From a virus, in IMG/VR virus record IMGVR_UViG_3300027788_001769, positions 72,769-136,768 of that record: a DNA stretch of 64,000 bases. One strand, written 5' to 3'. Below are positions 1 to 11,110 of this stretch, in pieces. How positions within the stretch are numbered: position 1 is the first letter of the stretch; each line of letters starts with the position of its first letter. Under the pieces are notes generated by a model. That model saw only the letters and a program-made list of their open reading frames with translations. It had not been told where the DNA came from and searched no databases. The translations under genes were made by a program, and so were the position numbers.

Positions 1-1
1 T

Positions 2-136
2 CCTAATTTTAAAAACATTGACAAATTGGTAAATTATTTTAATAATTGGGAGTACGGTAAACAAGCTTTAATGGGTGGTGCTCCTGATAAGTTTTACGAC
101 ATAAAAAAAATAGAGGACAAATTTAACATAAAATAA
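2..136 (+). CDS. 3' end of an upstream gene (partial), probably part of the glycan cluster
   Basis: Frame is open from the window edge (PNFKNIDKLVNYFNNWEYGKQ...KFNIK*) and stops at 136, just before the next ATG at 138. Confidence 0.6.
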   Translation, partial: PNFKNIDKLVNYFNNWEYGKQALMGGAPDKFYDIKKIEDKFNIK

Positions 137-137
137 A

Positions 138-1214
138 ATGAAAACAGTAGTAACAGTAACAGGTATTAGGCCAGACTTTATTAGAATGTCTGAAATTTTT
201 AAAAAATTAGATAAAGAATTTAATCACATTTTAATACATACTGGGCAACATTACGATGATTTATTGTCTGGTATATTTTTTGATGAGTTAGAGATAAGGA
301 AACCGGACTATAACTTAACCATAGGTGGTCCAGGTAAGGAACACTTCCACCAGACAGCTGACCTTTCTGTTAGTCTTATAGAATTATTTAGAGAAAAGAA
401 AATCAACCCATCTATTATATTATTTTTAGGTGATTCTAACTCAGTGGTTTCTGCAGTTGCCCTTAAAAAAGAGGGATATAAGATTGGACATATAGAGGCT
501 GGAATGCGTTCAGGAGATAAGAGAATGTTAGAAGAGGTAAATAGAATGGTCTGTGATACTTGTAGTGATTTATTATTTGTTTACCACGAAAACTACAGAA
601 AAAAATTAGAGAAAGAAAATATTATAGATGGAGTACACGTTGTTGGGAACACTATTGTAGAAGTAGCAAACAAACTTATTAAAAATAATAAGAATTTTAC
701 AATAAGACCCACTAATAACCACATCATCCTAGATGTTCACCGACCAGAAAACTTCAACTACCCTCATAGACTAAAGAACGTAATTGAGTTTACTAAATGG
801 ATAAGTTCTGTTTATAGATTACCAGTTATTATGTTAGAATTTGGTAGGGCCAAAAATAAAATAGAGGAGTTTGGTATAGATTTGGGTGACATAGAGGTAG
901 TTCCTTTAATGTCCTATAAAGATTATATGAGTTCAGTTTATAATTCTAAATTCATTATTTCTGATTCTGGAACCGCACAAGAGGAACCTGCTATTTTAGG
1001 CACTCCTGTATTGGTTCCTAGAGGTTATACTGAAAGACCAGAATCAGTAGAATATAATTGTTCTATGATGATTGATGTGGAAGAGTCTTGGGGTGAGGAT
1101 TGGTATGACAGTCTGAAATGGTTACAACACGAAACTAAACACATTGATGATGCTTGGCTTGGGGACGGGACAACGTCGACTAAAATAATAGAGACACTTA
1201 AGAATTCACTTTAA
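138..1214 (+). CDS. wecB: UDP-N-acetylglucosamine 2-epimerase (non-hydrolysing type)
   Basis: Motifs GIRPD, HTGQHYD, LGDSN, HIEAGMRS, EEVNR, HRPEN, SDSGTAQEE, TERPE. Confidence 0.9.
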   Translation: MKTVVTVTGIRPDFIRMSEIFKKLDKEFNHILIHTGQHYDDLLSGIFFDELEIRKPDYNLTIGGPGKEHFHQTADLSVSLIELFREKKINPSIILFLGDSNSVVSAVALKKEGYKIGHIEAGMRSGDKRMLEEVNRMVCDTCSDLLFVYHENYRKKLEKENIIDGVHVVGNTIVEVANKLIKNNKNFTIRPTNNHIILDVHRPENFNYPHRLKNVIEFTKWISSVYRLPVIMLEFGRAKNKIEEFGIDLGDIEVVPLMSYKDYMSSVYNSKFIISDSGTAQEEPAILGTPVLVPRGYTERPESVEYNCSMMIDVEESWGEDWYDSLKWLQHETKHIDDAWLGDGTTSTKIIETLKNSL

Positions 1215-2026
1215 TGAAAAAATTATCCATAGTAACAGCATACTACAATAGAAAGGAATTGTTTATTAGGACTTTAAAAACAATTAACAATTCTAAGTAC
1301 GCTAAGGATATTGAAGTTATAGTTGTAGATGACGGTTCTAGGGAGGAGGAACGATTAGAGGACTTATTAGGTACCTTTAATTTTGATTTTAAAGTTATTC
1401 GACTTAACCCTGAGAATAAATGGTACTATAACCCTTCAGTTCCTTTTAATGTAGGGATTAAAGCAGCTACTGGTAAATTAACCATGTTACAAAATCCAGA
1501 ATGTTTACATGTTGGGGATTTAGTCAGTACTGCTATAGAAAATATTAAAGATAGTGACTATTTTTCTTTTGGGTGTTATTCGTTAACTGAAGACATAACA
1601 GAAAGATTTGGTACGATAAATTTTAACTCTGATAAATGGTTAGAAAAAATTAATTTGTGTTTAACTCCAATTAAACAGGGACCAGTAGAATGTGATGGGT
1701 GTGATGGGTGGTACAACCATAGTAGGTTTAGACCTGTAGCTTACCACTTTTGTTCGGTGATACCAACAAAACACATACAAGAAATGGGTGGATTTGATGA
1801 AAGATACGCTAAAGGTATAGCGTTTGATGATAATGAAATATTACTAAGGATTAGAAGAAAGGGTTTAACTGTTAATGTGGTAGATTCTCCTTTCGTAGTT
1901 CACCAACATCACTATAGTGAGTTTAATTGGGCTGGTGTTAACAATACCCAAGAATTACTAGACAAAAATAAAAAACTTTTTAACGAGGTAACTTTAAAAG
2001 AGACTGGTTGGAAAATAGTTAACTAA
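1214..2026 (+). CDS. GT2-family glycosyltransferase
   Basis: SIVTAYYNR, VIVVDDGS, GGFDERY...FDDNE. Confidence 0.85.
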   Translation: MKKLSIVTAYYNRKELFIRTLKTINNSKYAKDIEVIVVDDGSREEERLEDLLGTFNFDFKVIRLNPENKWYYNPSVPFNVGIKAATGKLTMLQNPECLHVGDLVSTAIENIKDSDYFSFGCYSLTEDITERFGTINFNSDKWLEKINLCLTPIKQGPVECDGCDGWYNHSRFRPVAYHFCSVIPTKHIQEMGGFDERYAKGIAFDDNEILLRIRRKGLTVNVVDSPFVVHQHHYSEFNWAGVNNTQELLDKNKKLFNEVTLKETGWKIVN

Positions 2027-2073
2027 GCATTTAAAAAGTGTTTTATTGTAACTATAATTAACAAAAACAAAAT

Positions 2074-2865
2074 ATGAAAATAATAGCTTTTACACAATTA
2101 AGAAATGAATTAACAAAAGGTAATTTAGAAAACTGGTTTAAATGTACCGAACCTTGTGATTATAGATATATATTTGACCAAGACTCCACTGATGGGAGTA
2201 AAGAATATTATAAAAAATTCGACAATACAGTGGTTATAGAATCACCAACGAATAGATTTAAAGAAGAACTAATCTGCAAACAAGAATTAATGGATAAACT
2301 TTTAATCGAACACCCTGACGTGGATTGGGTTTTATGGTTAGATGGTGACCTACTTTTAGATGGTAGATTATTAGATAATAACGGACAAAACTTACGTGGG
2401 TTATGTGATGCTGGAATGCAACAAGGAATTGAGGCTTTTTTCTTTGGTCATTATAATTTATGGAGAAGTGATATCCACTATAGGTTAGACGAAGGTTACC
2501 ATGGGTTACATGGCCAATGGTGTCCGTTATGGAGAAACACTGGTAGATTAAAGTTTGATTGTACCCCTGGATTACACAAACCACAATATCCGTTAACATT
2601 TAGAAAAGTTGCGAATTCAGGGTTTAATGTAGTACATAGAGGTTTTGCGACTGATTCACAAATTATAACAAAATACGACACCTATAAAGGTTTTGGTCAA
2701 AAAGGTTGGGACTTAGATAGGTTGTTAGATGAAAAAACTTTAGATGTTACTCCACTAGAGGACGGTATATTGCCTTCTTGGTTTAATAAAACAGACATTG
2801 TGGACCCTAGAGAAAAGAAAAAAATAATAAAACTTTATGAAGAAAAACAAAAAACAAATGACTAA
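2074..2865 (+). CDS. GT-A fold glycosyltransferase (GT2-like)
   Basis: [19 protein letters not shown] (DxD), HRGF. Confidence 0.75.
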   Translation: MKIIAFTQLRNELTKGNLENWFKCTEPCDYRYIFDQDSTDGSKEYYKKFDNTVVIESPTNRFKEELICKQELMDKLLIEHPDVDWVLWLDGDLLLDGRLLDNNGQNLRGLCDAGMQQGIEAFFFGHYNLWRSDIHYRLDEGYHGLHGQWCPLWRNTGRLKFDCTPGLHKPQYPLTFRKVANSGFNVVHRGFATDSQIITKYDTYKGFGQKGWDLDRLLDEKTLDVTPLEDGILPSWFNKTDIVDPREKKKIIKLYEEKQKTND

Positions 2866-3823
2866 AAAAAGAGCTTTAATAACGGGAATTAGTGGGATGG
2901 ATGGTAGTCATTTAGCTGATTTTTTACTGGAAAAAGGATATGAAGTATTTGGGGTTGAGAGAAGAGCTTCAACTAAAAATGTTAGAAACACGTCACACAT
3001 ACTAGATAAAGTTAATTTTTTAATGGGTGACTTATCGGACCAAAATTCACTTTTGAGATGTCTGAATGAATCCCAACCTGACGAAGTATATAATTTAGCG
3101 GCTCAATCATTTGTAGGTGAGAGTTGGAATACTCCGGAACAAACAAGTGAGGTCACTGGTCTAGGTGTGTTAAGGATGTTAGAGGCGATAAGAATGTACG
3201 ATAAACCAGTTAAATTTTATCAAGCTAGTAGTTCAGAAATGTTTGGTAGGATGTCTGAAAATCCAGCTACAGAAAATACCCCTTTCTACCCTAGAAGTCC
3301 TTATGGTGTTGCAAAATTATATGGTCATTGGATAACTAAAAACTATAGAGAATCATACGATATGTTTAATTGTAGTGGAATTCTTTTTAACCACGAAAGT
3401 GAAAGAAGAGGGCATGAATTTGTAACTAGAAAAATAACTGATGGTGTTGCAAAAATTAAACTGGGATTAGCAGATAAAATAACCTTAGGTAATTTAGACT
3501 CATTAAGGGACTGGGGTTACGCTCCTGATTATGTTGAGGCTATGTGGTTAATGATGCAACAAGAAACTCCAGATGATTATGTTATTGCAACTGGTGAATC
3601 TTATTCTATTAGAGAATTTTTAGATGTGGCTTTTAAACATATTGGAATTAATGATTGGAGTAAGTATGTAGACCAAGACCCTAGATTTATGAGACCAGCA
3701 GAAGTAGATTATTTAAAAGGTGACTCTACTAAAGCCGAGAATGAATTAGGTTGGAGAAGAAAAACTAGTTTTAAAGAATTAGTTATTAAAATGGTGGATA
3801 ATGATTTAAATCTTTTAAAATGA
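2858..3823 (+). CDS. gmd: GDP-mannose 4,6-dehydratase
   Basis: [54 protein letters not shown]; likely start MTKKR at 2858 (ORF track starts at 2837). Confidence 0.95.
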   Translation: MTKKRALITGISGMDGSHLADFLLEKGYEVFGVERRASTKNVRNTSHILDKVNFLMGDLSDQNSLLRCLNESQPDEVYNLAAQSFVGESWNTPEQTSEVTGLGVLRMLEAIRMYDKPVKFYQASSSEMFGRMSENPATENTPFYPRSPYGVAKLYGHWITKNYRESYDMFNCSGILFNHESERRGHEFVTRKITDGVAKIKLGLADKITLGNLDSLRDWGYAPDYVEAMWLMMQQETPDDYVIATGESYSIREFLDVAFKHIGINDWSKYVDQDPRFMRPAEVDYLKGDSTKAENELGWRRKTSFKELVIKMVDNDLNLLK

Positions 3824-4707
3824 AAATAAACATTGTAACCGTAACTAGTGGTTGGATTCTACAAAAAATATCTGAAAGGACAGCTAAAGCTTGTAATGAA
3901 AGTATAGATGGGTATACCATGACTGTATCTCATGAGGCTGACCCAGATGCTGATGTAAATTATTATGCGGACTTACAAAATTGTTATCACGGACAAAAAA
4001 CAAAAATGGATATAGCGTATTTTACTCACGCTGATATGCACAGTAAGGATTGGTTACATAACCTTCTTACGACTACAAATTCCTACAAAAATTTAGATGG
4101 TATTGTTAGTATGAATAAAAGATATACAGACATGTTAACTTCTATGGGTTGGAGTGAGGACCACATAGACACCATTACTCCTGGTGAGACAAAAGATATG
4201 TTTCCTTTAAAGAAAATAAAAATAGGTGTTGTGTCTAGAGGTGGTTACCCTGGATACGGACAACAATTTATGGAAAAGATGTTAGAAACCTACAACTTTG
4301 ACAACTTTAAATTAAGGTTTTTAGGTAATGGGTGGGATAATTTAAAACCTATAGCTACAAAAAATAATATTGATTTGAAGTTAACTGGGGATGCTGACTA
4401 CAGTGTGTACCCAAATTTTTATCAAGAAATAGATTACTTGTTAATACCTGGATTATGGACTGCTGGACCAATATCCTTTCAAGAATCTTTAAGTACTGGT
4501 ACTCCAGTGATTTCAGCTGACGTTGGGTTTGCCGGGTATGAGTTAGAGCCAGACCATATCTTCCCAGCAAACGACGTTAATGCTTTATCTAAAATTTTAG
4601 ATAAAGTACAAGAACCTCTATTAAAAAGAAGAGGACAAGTAGAGAACATGACTTGGTTGAACTACGCAACTGATTTAATAAAATTTATAAATAAAATAAA
4701 AAAATGA
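3820..4707 (+). CDS. GT-B fold glycosyltransferase (GT4-like)
   Basis: C-terminal [10 protein letters not shown]...[21 protein letters not shown] is typical of GT4. Confidence 0.7.
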   Translation: MKINIVTVTSGWILQKISERTAKACNESIDGYTMTVSHEADPDADVNYYADLQNCYHGQKTKMDIAYFTHADMHSKDWLHNLLTTTNSYKNLDGIVSMNKRYTDMLTSMGWSEDHIDTITPGETKDMFPLKKIKIGVVSRGGYPGYGQQFMEKMLETYNFDNFKLRFLGNGWDNLKPIATKNNIDLKLTGDADYSVYPNFYQEIDYLLIPGLWTAGPISFQESLSTGTPVISADVGFAGYELEPDHIFPANDVNALSKILDKVQEPLLKRRGQVENMTWLNYATDLIKFINKIKK

Positions 4708-5855
4708 TTTATCTAACTAACGATACAATAGACAATAAAGATATTGATTCTTTAATTGAGTGGTTAAAGACTTACCCACGATTAACAAAAGGACCTTTAA
4801 CAAAAGAGTTCGAAGAAAAATGGTCTAAATGGTTAGGAACCAAATATTCAGTATATTGTAATTCTGGTTCCTCAGCTAATTTACTAATGTTATACGCACT
4901 AATACGCTCTAACACTTTAAAAAATAAAAAAGTGGTTATTCCTGGGTTATGTTGGGCTACTGACTTAGCACCTGCATTACAGCTTGAGTTTGAACCATTA
5001 CTTTGTGATGTTTCATTAGATAATTTAGCTGTTGATGTTGATGAATTGGAAAAAATATTTAAGAAGGAGTCACCATCTGTGTTCCTATGTGTGTCAATAC
5101 TAGGGTTTTCACCTGATTTAAAGACAATTAAAGAGCTTTGTGAAAAATATGATGTGATACTACTAGAAGATAATTGTGAGTCTTTAGGTACTGAGTTTGA
5201 TGGGGTTAAGATTGGGAACTTCGGTTTGATGTCCTCTTATTCTATGTATTTTGGTCACCACATATCAACGATAGAAGGTGGTATGGTATGTACTGACGAT
5301 AAAGAAATATATGACATACTTTTAAGTATTAGAAGTCATGGTTGGGATAGAGATTGGGATAAACAAAAACAGGAGGAGGTTAGAGAACAACATAACGTTA
5401 CGGACTTTAACTCATTATATACATTTTACCACCCAGGATTTAATCTAAGAGCTACTGACCTACAGGCGTACCTAGGTTTAGGTCAATTAGATAAATTAGA
5501 TTACATTTGTAAAAAAAGAGAGGAAAACTTCCAAAAATTCCAGGAAGGAATAAAGAATGATTTTTGGAAACCTAACCCTCTGGATAACACATTTACTTCT
5601 AGTTTTTGTTACCCTGTAATACATCCTAAACGAAATGAGATTATCGAAGCTTTGATTGAAAACGAAATTGAGGTTCGTCCTTTAGTTTGTGGAACAATGG
5701 GTAAACAACCGTTTTATACTGAAAATTTTGGTATTACGGAACTAGCCAATTGTGACGTTATTGACAGACATGGGTTATACGTTCCAAACAACCCTAGTTT
5801 AACGGATGATGAAATACAATTAATAATAGACACAATTAATAAAGTTATAAAATAA
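4704..5855 (+). CDS. colD: PLP-dependent DegT-family enzyme, ColD-like GDP-4-keto-6-deoxymannose 3-dehydratase
   Basis: NSGSSANLL, LEDNCES, GHHISTIEGG with His at the usual Schiff-base Lys position, RSHGW, PGFNLR. Confidence 0.8.
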   Translation: MIYLTNDTIDNKDIDSLIEWLKTYPRLTKGPLTKEFEEKWSKWLGTKYSVYCNSGSSANLLMLYALIRSNTLKNKKVVIPGLCWATDLAPALQLEFEPLLCDVSLDNLAVDVDELEKIFKKESPSVFLCVSILGFSPDLKTIKELCEKYDVILLEDNCESLGTEFDGVKIGNFGLMSSYSMYFGHHISTIEGGMVCTDDKEIYDILLSIRSHGWDRDWDKQKQEEVREQHNVTDFNSLYTFYHPGFNLRATDLQAYLGLGQLDKLDYICKKREENFQKFQEGIKNDFWKPNPLDNTFTSSFCYPVIHPKRNEIIEALIENEIEVRPLVCGTMGKQPFYTENFGITELANCDVIDRHGLYVPNNPSLTDDEIQLIIDTINKVIK

Positions 5856-6670
5856 TGAAATTCACTTACTATACAATTATAGGTAAAGACCTAGGACTAC
5901 TACAAGGCCACATAAATAATATAAAAACTTACGCTGGTTTTGATAAATTAGAGTGTGAAAAAGAACTAATCGTTATAATATATAGGAACAGTAAAATCCC
6001 TGAAAAAATAACACAATCCTTATTAAACTATTGTAAAGACCAAAATATTCGTACTGAGATATATGACGAACCTACTGACGTTTTTATTGAGAATCTTTAT
6101 GCTTGTTGGAATTTAGGGTATCAAATTTCTGACGAGGGATATGTTTTTAGAGGTGGTTCAGACCAAGTGTTTTCTAGAGATAGTTTTGTGTCCCTTTATA
6201 ATGAGGCGGAAAATCTAAGAAAAGAAAATAAAAGTAAATTTATATTACAAGCCAATACAATCGAGAACGCTACTAGACTCAGACAAATAGGTGCTATTAG
6301 TAGACACTTTGCTTTAGATTTAGGTGCTACTTTTCATGAATTTAATTACGGTGGATTTGAGGATTTTTGTAATAGAATGAATACAGGTATTGCGGAAAAC
6401 ATATTAACAATAGAGGATTGTCTTAAGTACTGGGGAAAACCAACAAAATTAAACACGTCACTAGGTAACATTGACAGGACTGATGGTTGTTCTTGGTTAA
6501 TGACCAAACAGGATTGGGTTGACCATGGCCCTTTACCACATATAGAAAATTGGATAACTGGTGATGTTGTAATACACGATAGAATGCAAACAGCTGGTTA
6601 TGAAAATTATTTAGTTAAGGATTGCATAACTTACCACTTTGTAAGGGGAGAAAGTATAGACGTACAGTAA
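5855..6670 (+). CDS. Putative glycosyltransferase (GT-A-like)
   Basis: WNLG, GSDQVF, TGDV, YHF features; cluster context. Confidence 0.5.
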   Translation: MKFTYYTIIGKDLGLLQGHINNIKTYAGFDKLECEKELIVIIYRNSKIPEKITQSLLNYCKDQNIRTEIYDEPTDVFIENLYACWNLGYQISDEGYVFRGGSDQVFSRDSFVSLYNEAENLRKENKSKFILQANTIENATRLRQIGAISRHFALDLGATFHEFNYGGFEDFCNRMNTGIAENILTIEDCLKYWGKPTKLNTSLGNIDRTDGCSWLMTKQDWVDHGPLPHIENWITGDVVIHDRMQTAGYENYLVKDCITYHFVRGESIDVQ

Positions 6671-7410
6671 TGGATTTTACAATAACTTTCCCATGTAGAA
6701 ATAGAGTTAAAATGGCAAATAAGGCCATACAAACTTTTTTAGAAAGTTGTGATTACACAATATTAATTATAGACGACAATAGTGATTCACCTGACGATGA
6801 ATACATTAAATCCGATAGAGTTAAAGTGATTTACAATAAGTACAAAAGTGGTTTAGTTAGTATGTGGAATCAGGCATTAAGAGAAATAGATACGGAATAT
6901 GTCATTATTGGTTGTGATAAAATTAGAGTCACAAATAACGACATATTAAGGATTGAAAATAAGTTGAAAGAGGGTTATTCTTGTGTTGCTACTTACTTAC
7001 TAGGTATTTTTGGTTTTAGTAAGGAACTAACTACTAGGGTTGGGTTTTTTGATGAGGGGTATGAAGTTAACGGGTTTGAGGACACTGATTGGATGAACAA
7101 ACTTTTTATTAATAATTTATCCTTATATGTGAGTACGGAAACAGAATACCTAAATACTGGAACGAGTTGGGGTCCGGCGAACATGAAAAACTCCCAATAT
7201 TACAGGAGTAAGTGGAACGAAGATTTTGGTAACAACCAAATAATACAATTAAAAAAAGATATTAACTATAATGACATTAATATCTTTAAAGGACAATATG
7301 AAAATAAAAATTATTTAGATTGGTCTAGTAGTGAATTAAAAGCAGAAAACATAAACAATTATTACAATAATAAAAAAGGAGTAAAAAATATTTTAAATGG
7401 AAATTTATAA
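6670..7410 (+). CDS. GT2-family glycosyltransferase
   Basis: FPCRNR, IIDDNS, WNQ, VGFFDEGY...FEDTDW; start at TAATG overlap (6670). Confidence 0.8.
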   Translation: MDFTITFPCRNRVKMANKAIQTFLESCDYTILIIDDNSDSPDDEYIKSDRVKVIYNKYKSGLVSMWNQALREIDTEYVIIGCDKIRVTNNDILRIENKLKEGYSCVATYLLGIFGFSKELTTRVGFFDEGYEVNGFEDTDWMNKLFINNLSLYVSTETEYLNTGTSWGPANMKNSQYYRSKWNEDFGNNQIIQLKKDINYNDINIFKGQYENKNYLDWSSSELKAENINNYYNNKKGVKNILNGNL

Positions 7411-8644
7411 AGTTAGAAAAAAATGTGCTGTGTGTGATAACACAGAGTTAAAATCAATTATGGAATACGGTTTAGTTCCATTAGCTGGAGATTTTCCAGC
7501 AAAATCAGAAATAGACAACGATAGGAAATTTAATCTTAATGTTCAATTTTGTGAAAAGTGTACACTATTACAAACAGATAGTATTATTGATGCAGATGCA
7601 TTATTTAAAGATTACCGTTATATGTCTTCTATTGGGTTAAGTGGTCACTTTACAAGTGTAGCTAAATTGATTAAAGAACGGTTTAACCCAAGTAAAGTAT
7701 TGGAGATAGGGTCTAACGATGGTGTCTTACTAAAACCTCTAAAAGATTTAGGAATAGATTGTTTAGGTATGGAACCAGCTGTTAACATCTCCCAAGTCGC
7801 TAAAGATAAAGGGTGTAACGTTATTAACGATTATTTTAATGAAAAAGCTGTAGACAAGTACGATTTAGAGTCTAAGTTTGATGTCGCTGTTTCTAATAAT
7901 TGTTTTGCTCATATAGATGACATAAAATCAATTGTTAAAGGAGTTAAGAAAGCTTTAAAACCAGGTGGTAAATTTATTGTGGAGGTACACTACGTTAAAA
8001 ACTTAATAGAACAACTTCAGTACGATAACATTTACCATGAACACTTATACTACTACTCTTTAACTGCATTAAATAATTTATTTAATCAGTTTGATATGAC
8101 TATAATTGATTTTGATGAAATACCTATCCATTCAGGTAGTATTAGGGTTGTGGTTGAGAATAGTTTTACAGCTCACCCAGTAAAAGTGATTAAGAGATTG
8201 GATGACGAAAAAGAATGGGGTATAACATCTATAGATTGGTTAAATAATTTTGGTGACGATGTTAGAAAACATATTTCAGTTATAAAAGAAACTTTATCAC
8301 AATTAAAAAGTGAAGGACATAAAATATGTGGTTATGGTGCGTCTGGTAGAGCAAACATGATTTGTAATTTAGCTGACATAACACCAGATATTGTAGATTA
8401 CATTGTGGATGAATCCCCAGAAAGAGCAGGAAGGTTAATTGCTGGTACACACGTACCCATCGTAAATAAAGAACATTTAGACAACGATAAAGTAAAACCT
8501 GACTACATTATGATTTTTGCCTGGAATTTTTCTAAGATGATAATAGATAAACTGGAGGGTAATGGTTACAAGTACATTATCGCTTTCCCAACTATGAAAG
8601 TAGTAGAAGGATATGAGGAATTAGAAGATTTTATTAGTATATAA
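7397..8644 (+). CDS. NDP-sugar C-methyltransferase (Zn-binding N-terminus, SAM domain, C-terminal domain)
   Basis: CAVC...CEKC, VLEIGSNDG, NNCFAHIDD, YDNIYHEHLYYYS, IHSGSIR, GYGASG, FAWNF. Confidence 0.88.
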   Translation: MEIYKVRKKCAVCDNTELKSIMEYGLVPLAGDFPAKSEIDNDRKFNLNVQFCEKCTLLQTDSIIDADALFKDYRYMSSIGLSGHFTSVAKLIKERFNPSKVLEIGSNDGVLLKPLKDLGIDCLGMEPAVNISQVAKDKGCNVINDYFNEKAVDKYDLESKFDVAVSNNCFAHIDDIKSIVKGVKKALKPGGKFIVEVHYVKNLIEQLQYDNIYHEHLYYYSLTALNNLFNQFDMTIIDFDEIPIHSGSIRVVVENSFTAHPVKVIKRLDDEKEWGITSIDWLNNFGDDVRKHISVIKETLSQLKSEGHKICGYGASGRANMICNLADITPDIVDYIVDESPERAGRLIAGTHVPIVNKEHLDNDKVKPDYIMIFAWNFSKMIIDKLEGNGYKYIIAFPTMKVVEGYEELEDFISI

Positions 8645-9417
8645 TGGATGTTACAGCGTACATAATGGGTATCTCACCACCACAAAGATTATTGTGGTTA
8701 AAAAATACAATAGATTACTTGGATTCCCAAGAATTCCCATTTAAGAAAAAAATAGTGTCTATAGACGAAATTAATAATCATAAAGTACAAGAAGATTTAA
8801 TTAAGTACTTTGAGGATAAGGGATGGGATGTGCTAATTGATTCACATAAAAGTAGAATATTAAGTATGGACCGAGCATTCAAACTTATAGACACCGAACT
8901 AATGTTTTATAACGAAGACGATGTAATGGCAAAAATGCCTAAATATAAAGATGTAAAAAATGTATTTGAAAACAGAATAAACGGAAGAGAGTGTGGGATG
9001 TTATCTATGACATTAGGTGGTACACAATATGATGCAGCGTCTGGTAATATAGGAGATTTAAAATATATGGAAGAAAACACAATTCTTGTAAATGAAGAAT
9101 ATAGAATTTTTCGTAGGATGGAAGAATTTAAAAATCCTTGGTTCTTTGAGTTCCCTGGTCTATTCGTAAAAACAGACTTGTTTAAAGATTGTCATAATAA
9201 GACTAAGGGAAGAAATATGCAAATTGAGCAAGGATTAACGATGTCCTATTTAATGAGTCAATATGATAAAAAATATTTTAAAGCTTCTGTCGCAAAGAAA
9301 AATGCTTTACATACACTGTTAAAGGATGGTGCCAAAGTAAATAGCCATTGTAGATTATTAACTAACTTAGACCCGGACCAAGGAAATAGTCCTTTAGGTG
9401 GAAATCATTATTATTAG
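8644..9417 (+). CDS. Putative glycosyltransferase
   Basis: MFYNEDD motif, FPGL; cluster context. Confidence 0.5.
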   Translation: MDVTAYIMGISPPQRLLWLKNTIDYLDSQEFPFKKKIVSIDEINNHKVQEDLIKYFEDKGWDVLIDSHKSRILSMDRAFKLIDTELMFYNEDDVMAKMPKYKDVKNVFENRINGRECGMLSMTLGGTQYDAASGNIGDLKYMEENTILVNEEYRIFRRMEEFKNPWFFEFPGLFVKTDLFKDCHNKTKGRNMQIEQGLTMSYLMSQYDKKYFKASVAKKNALHTLLKDGAKVNSHCRLLTNLDPDQGNSPLGGNHYY

Positions 9418-9419
9418 AT

Positions 9420-10238
9420 ATGAAGGAGATTTTAGAAGATAAGTTTGATTTAAAGTTTAATGGTAAAATAAATCCGTTTAAGTACTTTTTCGGTCATGTG
9501 ATTAGTACTATAGAAACTGAAGATTCTTTAGACAAGTACGCGAAACATAATTTTAATGGAATGCACTCCATGTCTAATCCAGGTAAAGCTAGACACACAA
9601 TAGGGTTGTTAAATGAATTAAATTATAAAGGAAAAAAACATATTGACATTGGAGCTAGTAGAGGAGTTTTGGTTAAGCTTTTACAAAATGAAGGATATGA
9701 AAGTTATGGTTTAGACGGGTGTAGATATGGTTTAGATAAGAAAAACGGGTTAGACATTTCTATGGAAAATTATGTTGTTTGTGACATAACTAAATTTGAT
9801 TTTAGAGTGTTAGATTTAAAAAAATACTTTGATGTGTCTACTGCTTTTGAGATTACAGAACACATACACGAAAAAGACATTAAAACTTTTTACGATAATG
9901 TTTCCTACATCTCTAAAGAACACATATGTTCTATCCATACTGGTGGAGTAGACTCAACTATGGGACATACTACTAACCACCATAATGTTAAATCTACTGA
10001 ATGGTGGTTGGAGTTTTTGTCTAATTACGGGACCGTGGAATTAGTTCCTGAGTTTAACAAACCTATACCAGCGGATATTAAAATTTCAGAAGGCACACAG
10101 TCAACTGAAGAACGTATTATGAAAACTTATAGGGATTTACTTGCGAAACATGGAATACCAGAAATGGCGGCTGGACAAGTTATGATGGGAGCTGGTGTAT
10201 GGGGTGAATCAGAATTTGTTAAAGTAGTATTTAAATAA
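9420..10238 (+). CDS. Class I SAM-dependent methyltransferase
   Basis: IDIGASRG, YGLD, FEITEHI, HHNVKSTEWW. Confidence 0.8.
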   Translation: MKEILEDKFDLKFNGKINPFKYFFGHVISTIETEDSLDKYAKHNFNGMHSMSNPGKARHTIGLLNELNYKGKKHIDIGASRGVLVKLLQNEGYESYGLDGCRYGLDKKNGLDISMENYVVCDITKFDFRVLDLKKYFDVSTAFEITEHIHEKDIKTFYDNVSYISKEHICSIHTGGVDSTMGHTTNHHNVKSTEWWLEFLSNYGTVELVPEFNKPIPADIKISEGTQSTEERIMKTYRDLLAKHGIPEMAAGQVMMGAGVWGESEFVKVVFK

Positions 10239-10314
10239 CATAAACATTTTCGTATCATAAAGTTAGTATAAGTTACTATAAAGTGATAAGAATAAAAAAT
10301 AAATAAATTAAGAA

Positions 10315-11106
10315 ATGAAAATAGGAATTATAGGTGTAGGAATTATAGGTGGAGCGTGTAAGTATGGTTTTGAAAAATTAGGACATAAAGTAATTTGTCA
10401 TGACATAGCATTAGATACTAACATTGAGGATGTTTTAGATACACAGATTACTTACATTTGTGTACCTACCCCTTCAGATGAAGATGGGTCTTGTAACACC
10501 TCTATTGTTGAAAGTGTGGTGCATGAATTACACGGGTTAGGGTATTCTGGTATAGTAGCCATTAAATCTACAGTTAAACCTACCACAACAGAAAAATTAA
10601 TAAAAGAAACTGGTATGGAAATTTGTTTTGTACCTGAATTCTTAAGAGAAAGATGTTCTATTTCAGATTTTACTGAAAACCATGACTTATTGGCTATAGG
10701 GACCTATTCACAGACAACTTATGAAATGGTAAAGTTATGTCATGGTAATTACCCCAAAAACCATTCACACCTAACACCAACAGAGGCAGAACTTCTAAAA
10801 TATTATTCAAATGTAATTAACGCGTTAAAGGTTGTTTTTGCAAATGAAATGTATGAAATTTGTAAAACTGTAGGGGCAGATTACACACAAATAAAAGAAA
10901 CATTTATTAAACGAGGCACAACAAAAGACTTGTATTTAGATGTTAACGATAACTTTAGGGGATACGCTGGTATGTGTTTACCTAAGGACACTAAAGCTCT
11001 AGATTCTTTTGTTAAAGAATTGGGGTTGGACTTAAAACTTTTTGAAACTATGGAAAGTGAAAATAATAAATTTAAAAAGACCGTTTTTAGCGGCATGAGA
11101 CTTTAA
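10315..11106 (+). CDS. UDP-glucose/GDP-mannose dehydrogenase family (short form)
   Basis: GIIGVGIIG, ICVPTP, IKSTV, PEFLRE, AELLKY, GYAGMCLPKD; lacks the C-terminal domain. Confidence 0.85.
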   Translation: MKIGIIGVGIIGGACKYGFEKLGHKVICHDIALDTNIEDVLDTQITYICVPTPSDEDGSCNTSIVESVVHELHGLGYSGIVAIKSTVKPTTTEKLIKETGMEICFVPEFLRERCSISDFTENHDLLAIGTYSQTTYEMVKLCHGNYPKNHSHLTPTEAELLKYYSNVINALKVVFANEMYEICKTVGADYTQIKETFIKRGTTKDLYLDVNDNFRGYAGMCLPKDTKALDSFVKELGLDLKLFETMESENNKFKKTVFSGMRL

Positions 11107-11110
11107 AACT

